Assembly: GCA_040285825.1 (NCBI GenBank)
Contig: JAUPSS010000010.1
Location: 742,881 to 806,880, forward strand
From: Eukaryota sp. TZLM1-RC
Taxonomy: Eukaryota; Protista; Metamonada: BaSk clade
Direction: 5' to 3'
Length of the DNA: 64,000 bases
The notes under the pieces were generated by a model. The model did no database searches, was not told the origin of the DNA, and was given only the letters and a program-made list of their open reading frames with translations. The position numbers were made by a program, and so were the translations under genes. Of this stretch, positions 11,798-21,999 are shown one piece after another; position 1 is the first letter of the stretch, and the number at the start of each line of letters is the position of its first letter.

Positions 11798-13492
11798 CTA
11801 CAACCACAAAACTTTTCCTAGCTCGCTACCAAGAAGTTTTTCATACACTTGACCAAAATTTTGGTCTTTTTTATTATTCAAGATGTGTAAAACATGTTTT
11901 AAGGAAATAAACTTGACCCCATAGCAAAAACCGTGGTAATTAGGGTCAAACAAAAGCGTTTCAACATTAGTCAAAAGTGATTGGAATTCCTTATCATAAT
12001 CATTTTTATGGACAATTAAATCAGATTTTGATACAAATTCATTTCCTGATACCTTTTTGTTGTAAACAAGTTGTAATTCATTCCTACTTAATGGTTTAAA
12101 TCCAAATAAATCCAGTGTGTGGGGGTAGTTGAGTATTAAGTTTTGAGGTAAAAGACTTGAGCTATCGACATTTAATTCAGTTTTCAAGGTATTTGCTAAT
12201 TCTTTGCATCTTTCCCTTTTATTTGAATCAGCAAAATTTAAAAACTTTACTGATTCTGGGAATAAAAAGTGTTGCGAAAGTAAAATTGATTGATCATGAC
12301 TGTCTGAAACATGGCCAATCAAATTAACTTCAGTTTCCGATATTTTTGACTCTTTAATGACGTGATTAAGCAATTCTTGACCGTCATCAGGGTCATTGAA
12401 ATAAACAAATAGCATCATTATTGATTGAGATTCCGTTTTTTCACCATTAAGTTCAATGTTAGCCAAGTCTAATAACATTTCCAATCCATTATGGGTTAAT
12501 TCTAATTCTTTTAAATACATAAGACGACCACTGAATTTTTCAGTCATTTTGATTAGTTGTGACGTGTCAATTTGAGCTTTTCTCAAGGAATCAACAAGAC
12601 TAGGAAAGATGGTCAAAACTCTGAAATTTTCAATTCCACTGACAAACCAATAAGCAGCCACATCAATCATTTTTTGATTGATTCCCTTGTTTTGATACCA
12701 TTCCCAACCAACACTGTCTTTTTGTCTATGTTTTTCAGTGAACATCTTATCAGGATATTTACAGTTAATTCCAATCTTGTCCTTCTTCAACACTTGAGCA
12801 ACAGCTTGTCTGTGATGACCATTCCAACTTCGAAGAGCGTCAGGGTCCTTCGGCAAGGGATCTACTCTGACAGGACACTTTGAATGTAAATCCAAACCTT
12901 TAGTTTTAATTGAATGATAAAGTTTATGAAATTCACCAATAAAGTCTTCAGGAGATCTCTTTGATTCCTCGGCAAAGCCAGCTGAATATGACCTTACATG
13001 TTCATAGTAAGAATCTCTAATGAAGCCAGGAATGATGAAAGAGGGGTTAAGTTGAGACTGGTGATAAAAGTAGATGTAAAGATACTTGAAGACAGTTTCA
13101 AAGTGGGTATCATGGATTAGCGAATTAGGATGAACGACACCCTTCCTACAAACTTCAAGTGAACCTCTACTGGCACTGGGATTAGGTCGACTGGAAGGTG
13201 AAGGTGAAGGTTTAGGTTTAGGAGAAGGTCGTTGAGGTGTTCTGGAAGAGGGCTGTCGTTGCGGTTCAGGCGGTGGAGACGGTTGGGTAGCTGGATCTGG
13301 TGGTGAAGGCGGAGTAGGTGGAATTGGAGAATTGAGCAGCTCGTCAAGAGGATGAGAAGCAGTTTCAACGTTTGTGATTGGACGGGAGGTAATCGACGGT
13401 ACCACTAGTATGAAGAATGATGTAGATACAAACAAAACAATAATTGTACCAACCCACAAGCGATTAGAGCATGAGACCTTGAAGGGAGACAT
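11798..13492 (-). CDS. Type II membrane protein: signal anchor, Pro/Ser-rich stem, luminal domain with ParB/Srx-like motif
   Basis: TM segment LWVGTIIVLFVSTSFFILVV; PPTPPSPP...PSPKPKPSP stem; LYHSIKTKGLD..PVRVD..NGHHRQAVA motif; intact 564-aa ORF. Confidence 0.75.
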   Translation of the reverse strand: MSPFKVSCSNRLWVGTIIVLFVSTSFFILVVPSITSRPITNVETASHPLDELLNSPIPPTPPSPPDPATQPSPPPEPQRQPSSRTPQRPSPKPKPSPSPSSRPNPSASRGSLEVCRKGVVHPNSLIHDTHFETVFKYLYIYFYHQSQLNPSFIIPGFIRDSYYEHVRSYSAGFAEESKRSPEDFIGEFHKLYHSIKTKGLDLHSKCPVRVDPLPKDPDALRSWNGHHRQAVAQVLKKDKIGINCKYPDKMFTEKHRQKDSVGWEWYQNKGINQKMIDVAAYWFVSGIENFRVLTIFPSLVDSLRKAQIDTSQLIKMTEKFSGRLMYLKELELTHNGLEMLLDLANIELNGEKTESQSIMMLFVYFNDPDDGQELLNHVIKESKISETEVNLIGHVSDSHDQSILLSQHFLFPESVKFLNFADSNKRERCKELANTLKTELNVDSSSLLPQNLILNYPHTLDLFGFKPLSRNELQLVYNKKVSGNEFVSKSDLIVHKNDYDKEFQSLLTNVETLLFDPNYHGFCYGVKFISLKHVLHILNNKKDQNFGQVYEKLLGSELGKVLWL

Positions 13493-13859
13493 TGGAACAC
13501 TAATAATATATCTAAAAGTGTTTAGCTTTTGTAGTTGCAGTTAAGGACGGGGAAGGGCAAACAATTAAATAAACTTTTGGCAGAACAGAATTGTATTTTC
13601 AATTTGTAAAGGTGTTGTCCCGTTATTATCTTTTGCTTTGTTATGTCTTGGTCGCTTTTATGAAGGAAAAACTTCCAGTCAATTTCTGTTGGCTGATTTG
13701 GGATATGAAGATTTAGAATTTTAGTTTTTATGTTTAGTTTCTTGGTGGAATAAATAGTTAAATTGGTAAAGCAAAGTTAAGTTTTCCAAAAAAAAGTACG
13801 AAAAAAAAATAAAAAAAATCAAAGAAGCAATGAAGATTACCACAAAACAATTCAGAAAA

Positions 13860-15892
13860 CTACAAGATGAATTCACCTTCATAGTCACCGAAAATATCAA
13901 TCAAATACCTTTGAGCTGGATACTGAATCCACCATGGAAAACAAGATAATTCAACTAAATATTCATTCTTGATTAGTTTAACAGAGCCAATTGAACCGTG
14001 ATCAATTAGTTTTGTTGGAGATAGGGGAGAATCCAACAAACCATCTTGAACAGGAGTAATCAGCTGAATGAATTCCAAGGAAGGAAAGTTTTGTTTAGTG
14101 ATATTGCTGGGAACATGATCGTTAATTATCAATTCCTTCAAGTTTGGCAATTGAATTTCAACATTGACTGGTTCTCCTAAACGAACTTCGAATCTAACAA
14201 TCGACTGAGGTAAAGGAACTTCGCCGTCTAACAAAGAATCTGATATAGGTACATAGGTATAGGCATGTGATAGAACTACCAATTCTTTTAGTGAACAAAG
14301 ATGACTGAGATCAACAACATCAATGTCGAAATATTTAAGAACCAACTTCACTAGTGAAGTGGGTAATTGTTCAACTTTGAAAAGATAATCAAGCTCTAGA
14401 CATTTGAGATTTGCTAAATGTGTCAAGTTTAAAGGTAGAATTTCTAAACCTGAAACTCCAGCAAGTTTAACAAACTCAACATTTGGGAAAAATGACAATA
14501 ACTGGGGATTATATTCAACATTATCATAGTAAACATCAAGTTTTTTAATTCTAGTATATATTAATTTGGGGAGATTGTCTGGAGTGAATAGACGGAGATG
14601 CAATTCAATTATATTTTCATTTATATTTAAATCTTGGGGACTGTTTGAAGACACTTTGTTTTGAATTGGGTGATCATCAAGTACTTTTTCGATGAGTTTG
14701 GCTACCCTCTTGCTAATTGAACATTTGGTGCAAAATCTTGCTTTAACAAATGAGCAATAGCCTACTAGAGACGACAAATAATTTACATATTCCAATAAAC
14801 AAGCTTAATTAGACCACTAAACATTCTATCCACAGGTTGATTTTGAGAATGAAAACATTGAGGTGATCGCAGCTCAAATACTTTGACAGGTTGCGGTCGA
14901 TCAATCAAATCACCTGTACCTAATTGACCTTTATCGTTCCTTCCCCAAGCCCAAACAGTGTTTTTGTTGTAGGCAAAAAGGAAGTCATGACCAACTGAAA
15001 TACCTTGTAAATTGTTTAAAGCTTCGACACAAATTGGTTCCTTATTAGTATCATCATAAACATCACTGATCCTACTCAAATCACCCCAAACAAAAACTTT
15101 ACCATTGTTATCAATGGCAGCATAAATACCATCATAACCACTAATAGAAACCATATTATTCAACCCTGGAACTTTGGTGGGTTTATTATTGAAAGGAACG
15201 TCATCATCTCCCTTGTCAAACTCCAAAACTTCACCTTTAGCATTAATGACAAAGAGGCGGTGCTTATCCAAGAAAATAAAAGATTTGGATAGAATAATTG
15301 AAGAATTTCTGAAAACTACATGTTTAGAAACTGGTATTTCGACCAAAGAATTACTTAATTGCTGTGAGTAATTATTAGAATCATCCCAGTCTGAAGACTT
15401 GACTGATGCATCAAAATAGAAAAATCTCAAACATTGTCCTTCGTTTTTCTTGATATATTCAACAGCAACAAAACAATCTCCGCAAGTAAGTAATGTTACA
15501 ATATTATTTAAGTTCTCAAACACTTTAAAAGATCTATAAAATCCCAATAAAACACCTTGACCTTCATTGGTTAAGGCAAAAGAGTAATCATCACCAGCAT
15601 AGAGTTTTTTAATTGTGTAAGGAATTTTGATAAGAGTAGGCGAAAGAGAGAAAGAGTAAGATAAAGTTATTTGGTTGCGGAGATTGCTTCCCCAACCGTA
15701 TAATTTACCATCAGAAGAGAGGGCAAGGGAGTGAGAATAACCAGCTGAAATAGTGACGATATTTGTGATTGGCAATTTTATTGGTGAATTGATTGTTTCA
15801 AATCCATTATAAAGTAAATTTTCATGTTCTTGAATAACATCAATACATTCCATTCTTAAATATCTTTTCTTGAAAGTAAAAAAACTGATCAA
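13860..15892 (-). pseudogene. RCC1-repeat plus LRR protein, split by one frameshift near 14790 (pseudogene or sequence error)
   Basis: RCC1 blades ISAGYSHSLALSSDGKLYGWGSN and VWAWGRNDKGQLG in 14783-15892. LRR-like LPTSLVKLVL and LPNLKELII in 13860-14795. The ORFs overlap at LVYW/EYVNYL. Confidence 0.75.
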
Positions 15893-15982
15893 GCATTGGC
15901 CATGGAAAACCTTTCATTATTTCAGATGTTATAAACTTCAGATGTCAATGTTTCGTTATCCGATAAATAAATATTTTATTAT

Positions 15983-16462
15983 TGGCCGTGTTTTCTGAAC
16001 ACGAATAGGGACAGCAAAGGAATAGCTGGGTGATAAATTAAGACAAAAAATGCGAATGGTTGAGAATAACTACAAGGTCTTGATCTTTCAACACAAGGAT
16101 TAATGAAAAACACAAAAATGACAATCCTACGCAAGCAATCGGATCAAATCAATCTGTGAAAAGAAATGCATTTGAAGAAGTGACGATCAATGAAGCTTTC
16201 ACTTCAGCCGAATGTTCGGTTTGCTTTAAAAGTGTAGATATGTTTTCAAGGGTAACCGATTCTATAGGGGAAAAGAATCCAGTTACCAAATGTCATATTA
16301 TATTGATTTGCAATGATGAAAGTTATAAATTCAGGAACAAAGGCTCTACAGAGCTTTCCAATCAAATATACTGCTTTGTCTGATTATGTTTGGAATCGCC
16401 ATGAAGTTATGAAAACTCTCAATATGGAGGTTGCAGTTAGTTCTTGTAAATATTCCTTGTGA
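15983..16462 (+). pseudogene. Decayed Fanzor/TnpB-like RNA-guided nuclease, C-terminal RuvC-II/Zn-finger/RuvC-III region
   Basis: Frame from 16126 reads PTQAIGSNQSVKRNAFEEVTINEAFTSAECSVC...KCHIILICNDESY. After a frameshift it reads YVWNRHEVMKTLNM (16385-16426). Order and spacing match the Fanzor pattern PTxGxG..DE..TS..CxxC..HGLLxC..WNRD..LN. Confidence 0.6.
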
Positions 16463-16610
16463 ATATATAAATAAGGAAAATACATTGTACGTTTGCAGGT
16501 AACACTTTTCAACAGAAACTTTTGCAAGCTGGCTCAGAATTTTTGTTGTGGAATTCTAAATCTAAACCTAGGACTGTCCAGCAGAGGCTTGGTTCCAAAA
16601 ATGGTTTAAA

Positions 16611-16950
16611 CCCCCTGTCCAATTATTAACACTGAGTTTGACAATTTTGAAGAAAGTTGATATTCTGATAAAATTATTATTCCTGAGCAATAGTCCACAT
16701 GATTTATGTAATATAGATTGATTACTTATCTGAAAAAGAGAAAAAACAAAAAAACCCCTGTCCAAATATTAACACTGAGTTTGACAATTTTTTTAACACA
16801 TTATTTATTTTTAAAACTTACAATTTTGGATTGACAATTTTGGAGAAGAAAGTTGATATTCTGATGAAATTATTATTCCTGAGCAAAAGTCGACATGATT
16901 TATGCAATATAGATTGATTACTTATCTGAAAAAGAGAAAAACAAAAAAGA
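16611..16950 (+). repeat. Tandem duplication (~143 bp) spanning a putative transposon end and its flank
   Basis: cccctgtccaa.tattaacactgagtttgacaatttt...gaaaaagagaaaaa at 16611-16753 and 16755-16950. The second copy has a ~40-bp insert. Confidence 0.8.
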
Positions 16951-17093
16951 GTTGTTAAATATTTATGAGCTAATTTGTATAATACACTCTTATACTGTGA
17001 CTGACACTAGAATTCACGATAGATGACTCCAAAGCTATGAAAATTTAAGACCAAACTGTTTGAAGAATTACTACATTTTGCTAAAAAACATCT

Positions 17094-18517
17094 TTATTTC
17101 TCAAAAAATTTACAACCGCAATTCCTAATATCATTTTCTTTAATAAAATTTATCCATTTTTGACAAGCAGCATCATTATGGTGGACAACCCTTCCTCTCA
17201 GCGGTTTAAAATAGAATTGAAGTAATTGGGCAGCTTTATCGGATAGTTCTACCCTCATTAATGCATGATGACCATCTGAGGGAAGCTGCTTGTCAAAATC
17301 TGTACTGCCTTCAAATTCCCCAAACTGAAAGAAAATTCGAAGTATTGGGAAATTGTCTTTATATTCAGGGAATTCTTCAGCCTTGGAGTTGAAAATCCTG
17401 ATAATTTCTTTAATCAAGATTAATCCAGTCCGAACATACCGAATGTCTTGAATAAATTCAATAGTCGTCATGTGTTTCGTTGGAGTTATCCAAACTTCCC
17501 TAGCATTGCGAGATCGAACAGAAGCTCTTACAACATCAGTACCACACCCTCCACGAAACAAAATAAGAGAATCATCTACACGAAATTCACAGTTTTTTCC
17601 TTGATCAAGACAAGGAAAAACAGCGTGTGTGGCAGTACATTTTTTGAAAGATTTGGCATTTTTCCTATGACAGTTCTGGCCATGCCTGCATACTGGGGGT
17701 AATTCGTGAGGAAAATGGTTTTTAAATTTACCCTCAAATGGTTTGGGTGAAGGAAATGGCAGGAAAAGATTATCCTTGAAACGTTTAACTCGATCCTCAG
17801 AACAAATTTCGCTAAAAATGAAAGGACAAAGTATCAATCTCATCTTCAATTCGTGATCAGTCTCGTCAAAATTACAGGTGAATTGGTATTTCAGTTTGAA
17901 AAGTGGATCAAAAGATTGTAATTTTCTTTGGGCTACATTGAACTGGTTTTGAATTCGCTGGGCAAGTAGATCGGCATCTATGTCAGCAAAGTTTTCAGTG
18001 ATGGGAAAAGAGTCGAGGTTAACTAATGGAGTGTCTGGTTGGTCTTGTACAACCACATGGTGAGGATTCTCTTCAAAGTTGTCAGTTGCAAGTTGGACTT
18101 CAGAATCTGCAAGTGGGGTATTAGTGATAACATTGCGGTTGAGGAAAGTGTTGTTAGGAGTGGGACTGGGTCTAGAGCCAGTTGGATTGGGAGAGATGAA
18201 CTCAAAAGTTGTTTGAGGATGTGGACGAAGTTCAGACTCGGAATGGGCAAATGAACAGAGATCACCATCTAAACAGTTCTTCATCGTACAGCGCTTGGTT
18301 TTATATGAGGGATCACTTTTGAAACCTTCAGGATCGTGTGAAAAACTGCAATTGACTCCATGACCACATAGGCCTTTCAAGTAGAAACGGCAAAGTCGTG
18401 TAGGCTTTTGATCAGAACGTGTGGAAGGATGCTAACATCAGACAAGATGAGAAAACATACCATGAAAGGTCTTCCATGTACCTTCTGTGGACCAACAACT
18501 CTCCAAGGGTTATCCAT
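17094..18517 (-). CDS. CCCH zinc-finger protein with C-terminal HIT-like region; two exons (18461-18517, 17094-18431)
   Basis: Removing the 29-nt GTATGT...TAG intron (18432-18460) gives MDNPWRVVGPQKVHGRPFM/HPSTRSDQKPTRLCRFYLKGLCGHGVNCSFSH in frame. Second finger YKTKRCTMKNCLDGDLCSFAH. VWITPTKH...QFGEFE...GHHA resembles a degenerate HIT fold. Confidence 0.8.
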
Positions 18518-18619
18518 TGAGACACCAACAGTTGTTTTAGTGAATGATTGAGTGTCAAAAAATGTTATGTAATCGAGGCAATTGTTAAATGATTTTCACC
18601 TTTTTTTAAATATATTTTG

Positions 18620-21600
18620 TTTATTGAAATTGCACACTTAATTAAAAGAACTCATAACCAATGGGACGACTATCATTGAACCAAGATTTCCTCTACAAAA
18701 TCTTGATCTGCTTGCTGTCTAGCTAAAGCTTCTCTTATTCGATTGGAAAACCGAGGTAACCTTTTGATAATGGCAAATTGAATCCGTGAACGCCATAAAA
18801 AAATATCAAATCTTTATCATATTTTCTATGTTTCTCTTTTGCTTTAAAATCCAGAGCAGCCACAGGGTTAAGTTTTCTTCTGCGAACGAACGTATCATTT
18901 GCAACACTGCATGAGACAAAGTCAACAATAGCTTCAGAATTATCAGTCCAATCACAGTATACATCACCTCTATCATCAGAACCAAAATTATTCAGAGAAA
19001 GTGTTTCCTTCAGCAGGGGCTCTTTGATACACAATATCATTGCAGTTTGTGCCATATTGAAAACAGTGTCTCTAACAGCATCATGTAATGAAGAACGATG
19101 AGTTATCAATTTAGAGTAATTTAGTGCATGGCGCAAAGTGAGTTGAGGTGAATTCGAACAAATACATTTTTCTTTTGATAATAATTGGTTAATGGGGATG
19201 TTCAAATATAATCTCATTTTTGTTACAAATGCTTCATTAGTGGCACACAATCCAAATCTTCGTGGTACAATGGTTACAAATAGTGAAGAATCTGACGCCT
19301 TGTTTTCACAAACACCCTTTTCCAATAACAATGAGTGAAGATCTTGATTTAAAACAGCCGAGCTGCATATCTTGTTATAAAGATCATTTTCATACATTCC
19401 AGTCAATCGTTTCTGTAATGTTCGAATAGTGTATTTTAAATCAAAACAATCTTTTCTGGAATTCTACCATTGAATGATTGGGAAAACATCGACCCCATTT
19501 TTCTGCATAAATTTTTGAAATTTCTTCATTTAATGCAAAAACAGGTGAACTTTGCGTTGTCATCAATCAATCTTCGCAATCTGCATATCTTTCGGAAAAC
19601 TCAAAGATTGCATTTCTGCATCCACCACCAAAGCACACGAGGTAAGAATAGAAGCCTTCGTCCACCCTAAACCACCATAATGTGGACTAAGGTAAGCATG
19701 ATCTGGAATTTGAAACATTTTACATCCCAGTAATTGAGACAGAACTTTTGCACGTAACTCATTAAACTTTTGAGCCAAAGGTCTAGTGACGAGAGGATTT
19801 GTAGATCGAAATATATGATTAAAATTGGAACTAAAACACAGTCTTATAATGGTAAATTTGATGTGTTTTTTTATATCTAAATTCATCATTCGGTCAATTT
19901 TGTCAGAAATAATTAATTTATTGAATTTTATAATTAATTTATTGAATTTGCACACTTGATTAAATTAAATCATAACTAATGGGACGACTATCATTAAACC
20001 AAGATTTCCTCTACAAAATCTTGATTTGCTTGCTGTCTAGCTAAAGCAGAAATTGTCAGAAATTGAGTTCAACTTCTCAAACAATTTTTTGGTAATTTCA
20101 TCATTATTTCCCCAAAACGGACCCAAATGACGAATAGCATCAATTGAATATAATTTGGCGTGAATTTCAATACCATCAACTATTGTGGAAACTGGAGAAT
20201 TCGATAACAAACCAAATTTAAGTAAATTAAGTCGGAGACCCATTTTGGTAAATAATTTTTTAAAACATACAGTTGCTTGTTTCACAATATTTAAATCACC
20301 AATAAGCACAACATCATCCATATATGCAATCATTTTTAGTGAAGGAAACATCTCTTGAATTTGCGGTAAAATAGGATGAATGGCCAAACAAAACAAAAGA
20401 GGTCCTAACGGATCTCCCTGCTTTACGCCACTTGATGAACTCAAAATGTTGTTACCAAAATGTAAATTCGAATATGTGCAATATGTTGATTGAAAATACG
20501 GTATTAATTCCAGCATATATTGCAATAGAGCACCATGGATACTGCGACGACTCAGTGAATTGAAAGCATTACTAAAATCCAATGACATGCAAACATTGGA
20601 TTCATTTTGGCGAAATAAAACATCAGTAGCAAATATCGCTGAAGAGACTCCATCCGTGGTATTAATTCCATATTGAAAGGGTAATCAAATCTTTTTTGCT
20701 TTCTCGTTGAACCTGCTTAAGCAACACGCAAAAAAAATATTGTGTAAGCTCTCAAAGACTGCAATAGGACGAACATCCATTTTTGAATTTTTGACAAGTG
20801 CAGTCAAATGAGAACTTCTTAATTCTTCTGGGTATTTGAGTTGACTAGATAATATTTGGTTGAAAAATTTGGTCAATAAACCAAGGCAATCTTCTGAAGA
20901 AATAATCGCGGCTTTTACATGATCAATAGTAATACCAGGAAGTCCGGCAGACTTACCACGTGGTCTCTTTTTGATGACCGAAAAAACTTCTGATGGCATC
21001 AATGGATAATTTTCCCAGTATGTGCCGTAAAAATTTTGATCCATTATAGGGTCTTCATAAGGATGAAGTATTTTTAGTTTATCTATTGTGTTTTCATTGT
21101 TGGGTGCTTTAACTCCAGGACTTAAAGCTGACAAAGCCTTGGACCATTTGTTGTCAAAGCATTTGTCTTCAAAAATTTTACTTAATTTCTCGGATGACTG
21201 ATTTCTCGGTGCTATATTAGTTAAATCTTCGGAAATATTTACGAAATTTTGTTCAAAAGGAGGACAAAAAGAACCAAAAAATTCCCAAATAATATTGATA
21301 GCATACTTTCCTTTACATAATTGATCCAAAAATCTTTGAAAAACGAAAGTAAATTCATTGCATTTGGTCGGATGAATTTCTTGAGGTATTCTTATGGGAG
21401 GATGGTAGTTATCAACTACGCGGCATTTCAAGTATCGATCAGAAGTTTTTCCTTTTGCATTTTTTCTAAAAGAAATACTACAATTGTTGCAAGTTTTGTG
21501 CTTCAATCGATTGCTAACTGGTTTTGCAACAACTTGTGGAGCATCATTTATGGGTTCTACCTTAGACTCTTTCCTTCTAATAAATTTTCTTTTACATTTT

Positions 21601-21700
21601 GTTTCAGAATTTGTCACATCATTTTTCATCATTTTGTGATTTTCTAAAAATTCTTGATCTGAATTTTTTTTGTACAAAAAGAGAGAAAAGTTTTTCTCTC
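18620..21700 (-). mobile_element. Near full-length, inactivated CRE-like non-LTR retrotransposon (RT + Zn knuckle + restriction-like endonuclease)
   Basis: ORF pieces 20685-21677 (KSAGLPG, VRPIAV), 20037-20588 (LDFSNAFN, GVKQGDPLGPLLF, YMDD), 19563-19955 (GGLG) and 18735-19406 (CxC..H..HDAV, RGD..D, KxxKY). 3' UTR with AATAAA. Confidence 0.9.
19911..20052 (-). mobile_element. 5'-truncated 3'-end copy of the same CRE-like family inserted into the RT gene
   Basis: Matches the 3' end at 18620-18730. Flanked by 11-bp TSD ttgtcagaaat (19900-19910, 20053-20063). Confidence 0.8.
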
Positions 21701-21999
21701 CCTCCCTTGGTCAATCCTCTCAAATTTTACTTTCTGTGTCGGCGTCAAAGTTGTACTGTGTCATTGCCAAAAGGATGCCAGTGACTGATAGTGACTCCGA
21801 TACTGATTGGAATGCCCAAGTGAAGGTTCTACCCGTCAGATCAAGCTCATCCCGTTGAGTAATCCACTCTCTCCACCCTCCAAGCTATGCTCGAAATTCT
21901 TCTCAAAAAAATCTAAATTCAAAAAATGATCATTCTGCCGCAAAAAACAAAAAACTCTCAAAAAATGTTCCCCGTTGCTCATCCTGTCATAAAATTGGT

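Noticed and set aside
16611-16950. Possible multi-guide (CRISPR-like) array after the Fanzor relic
   Set aside because: Both copies have the same downstream flank, so this is a simple tandem duplication, not distinct guides.
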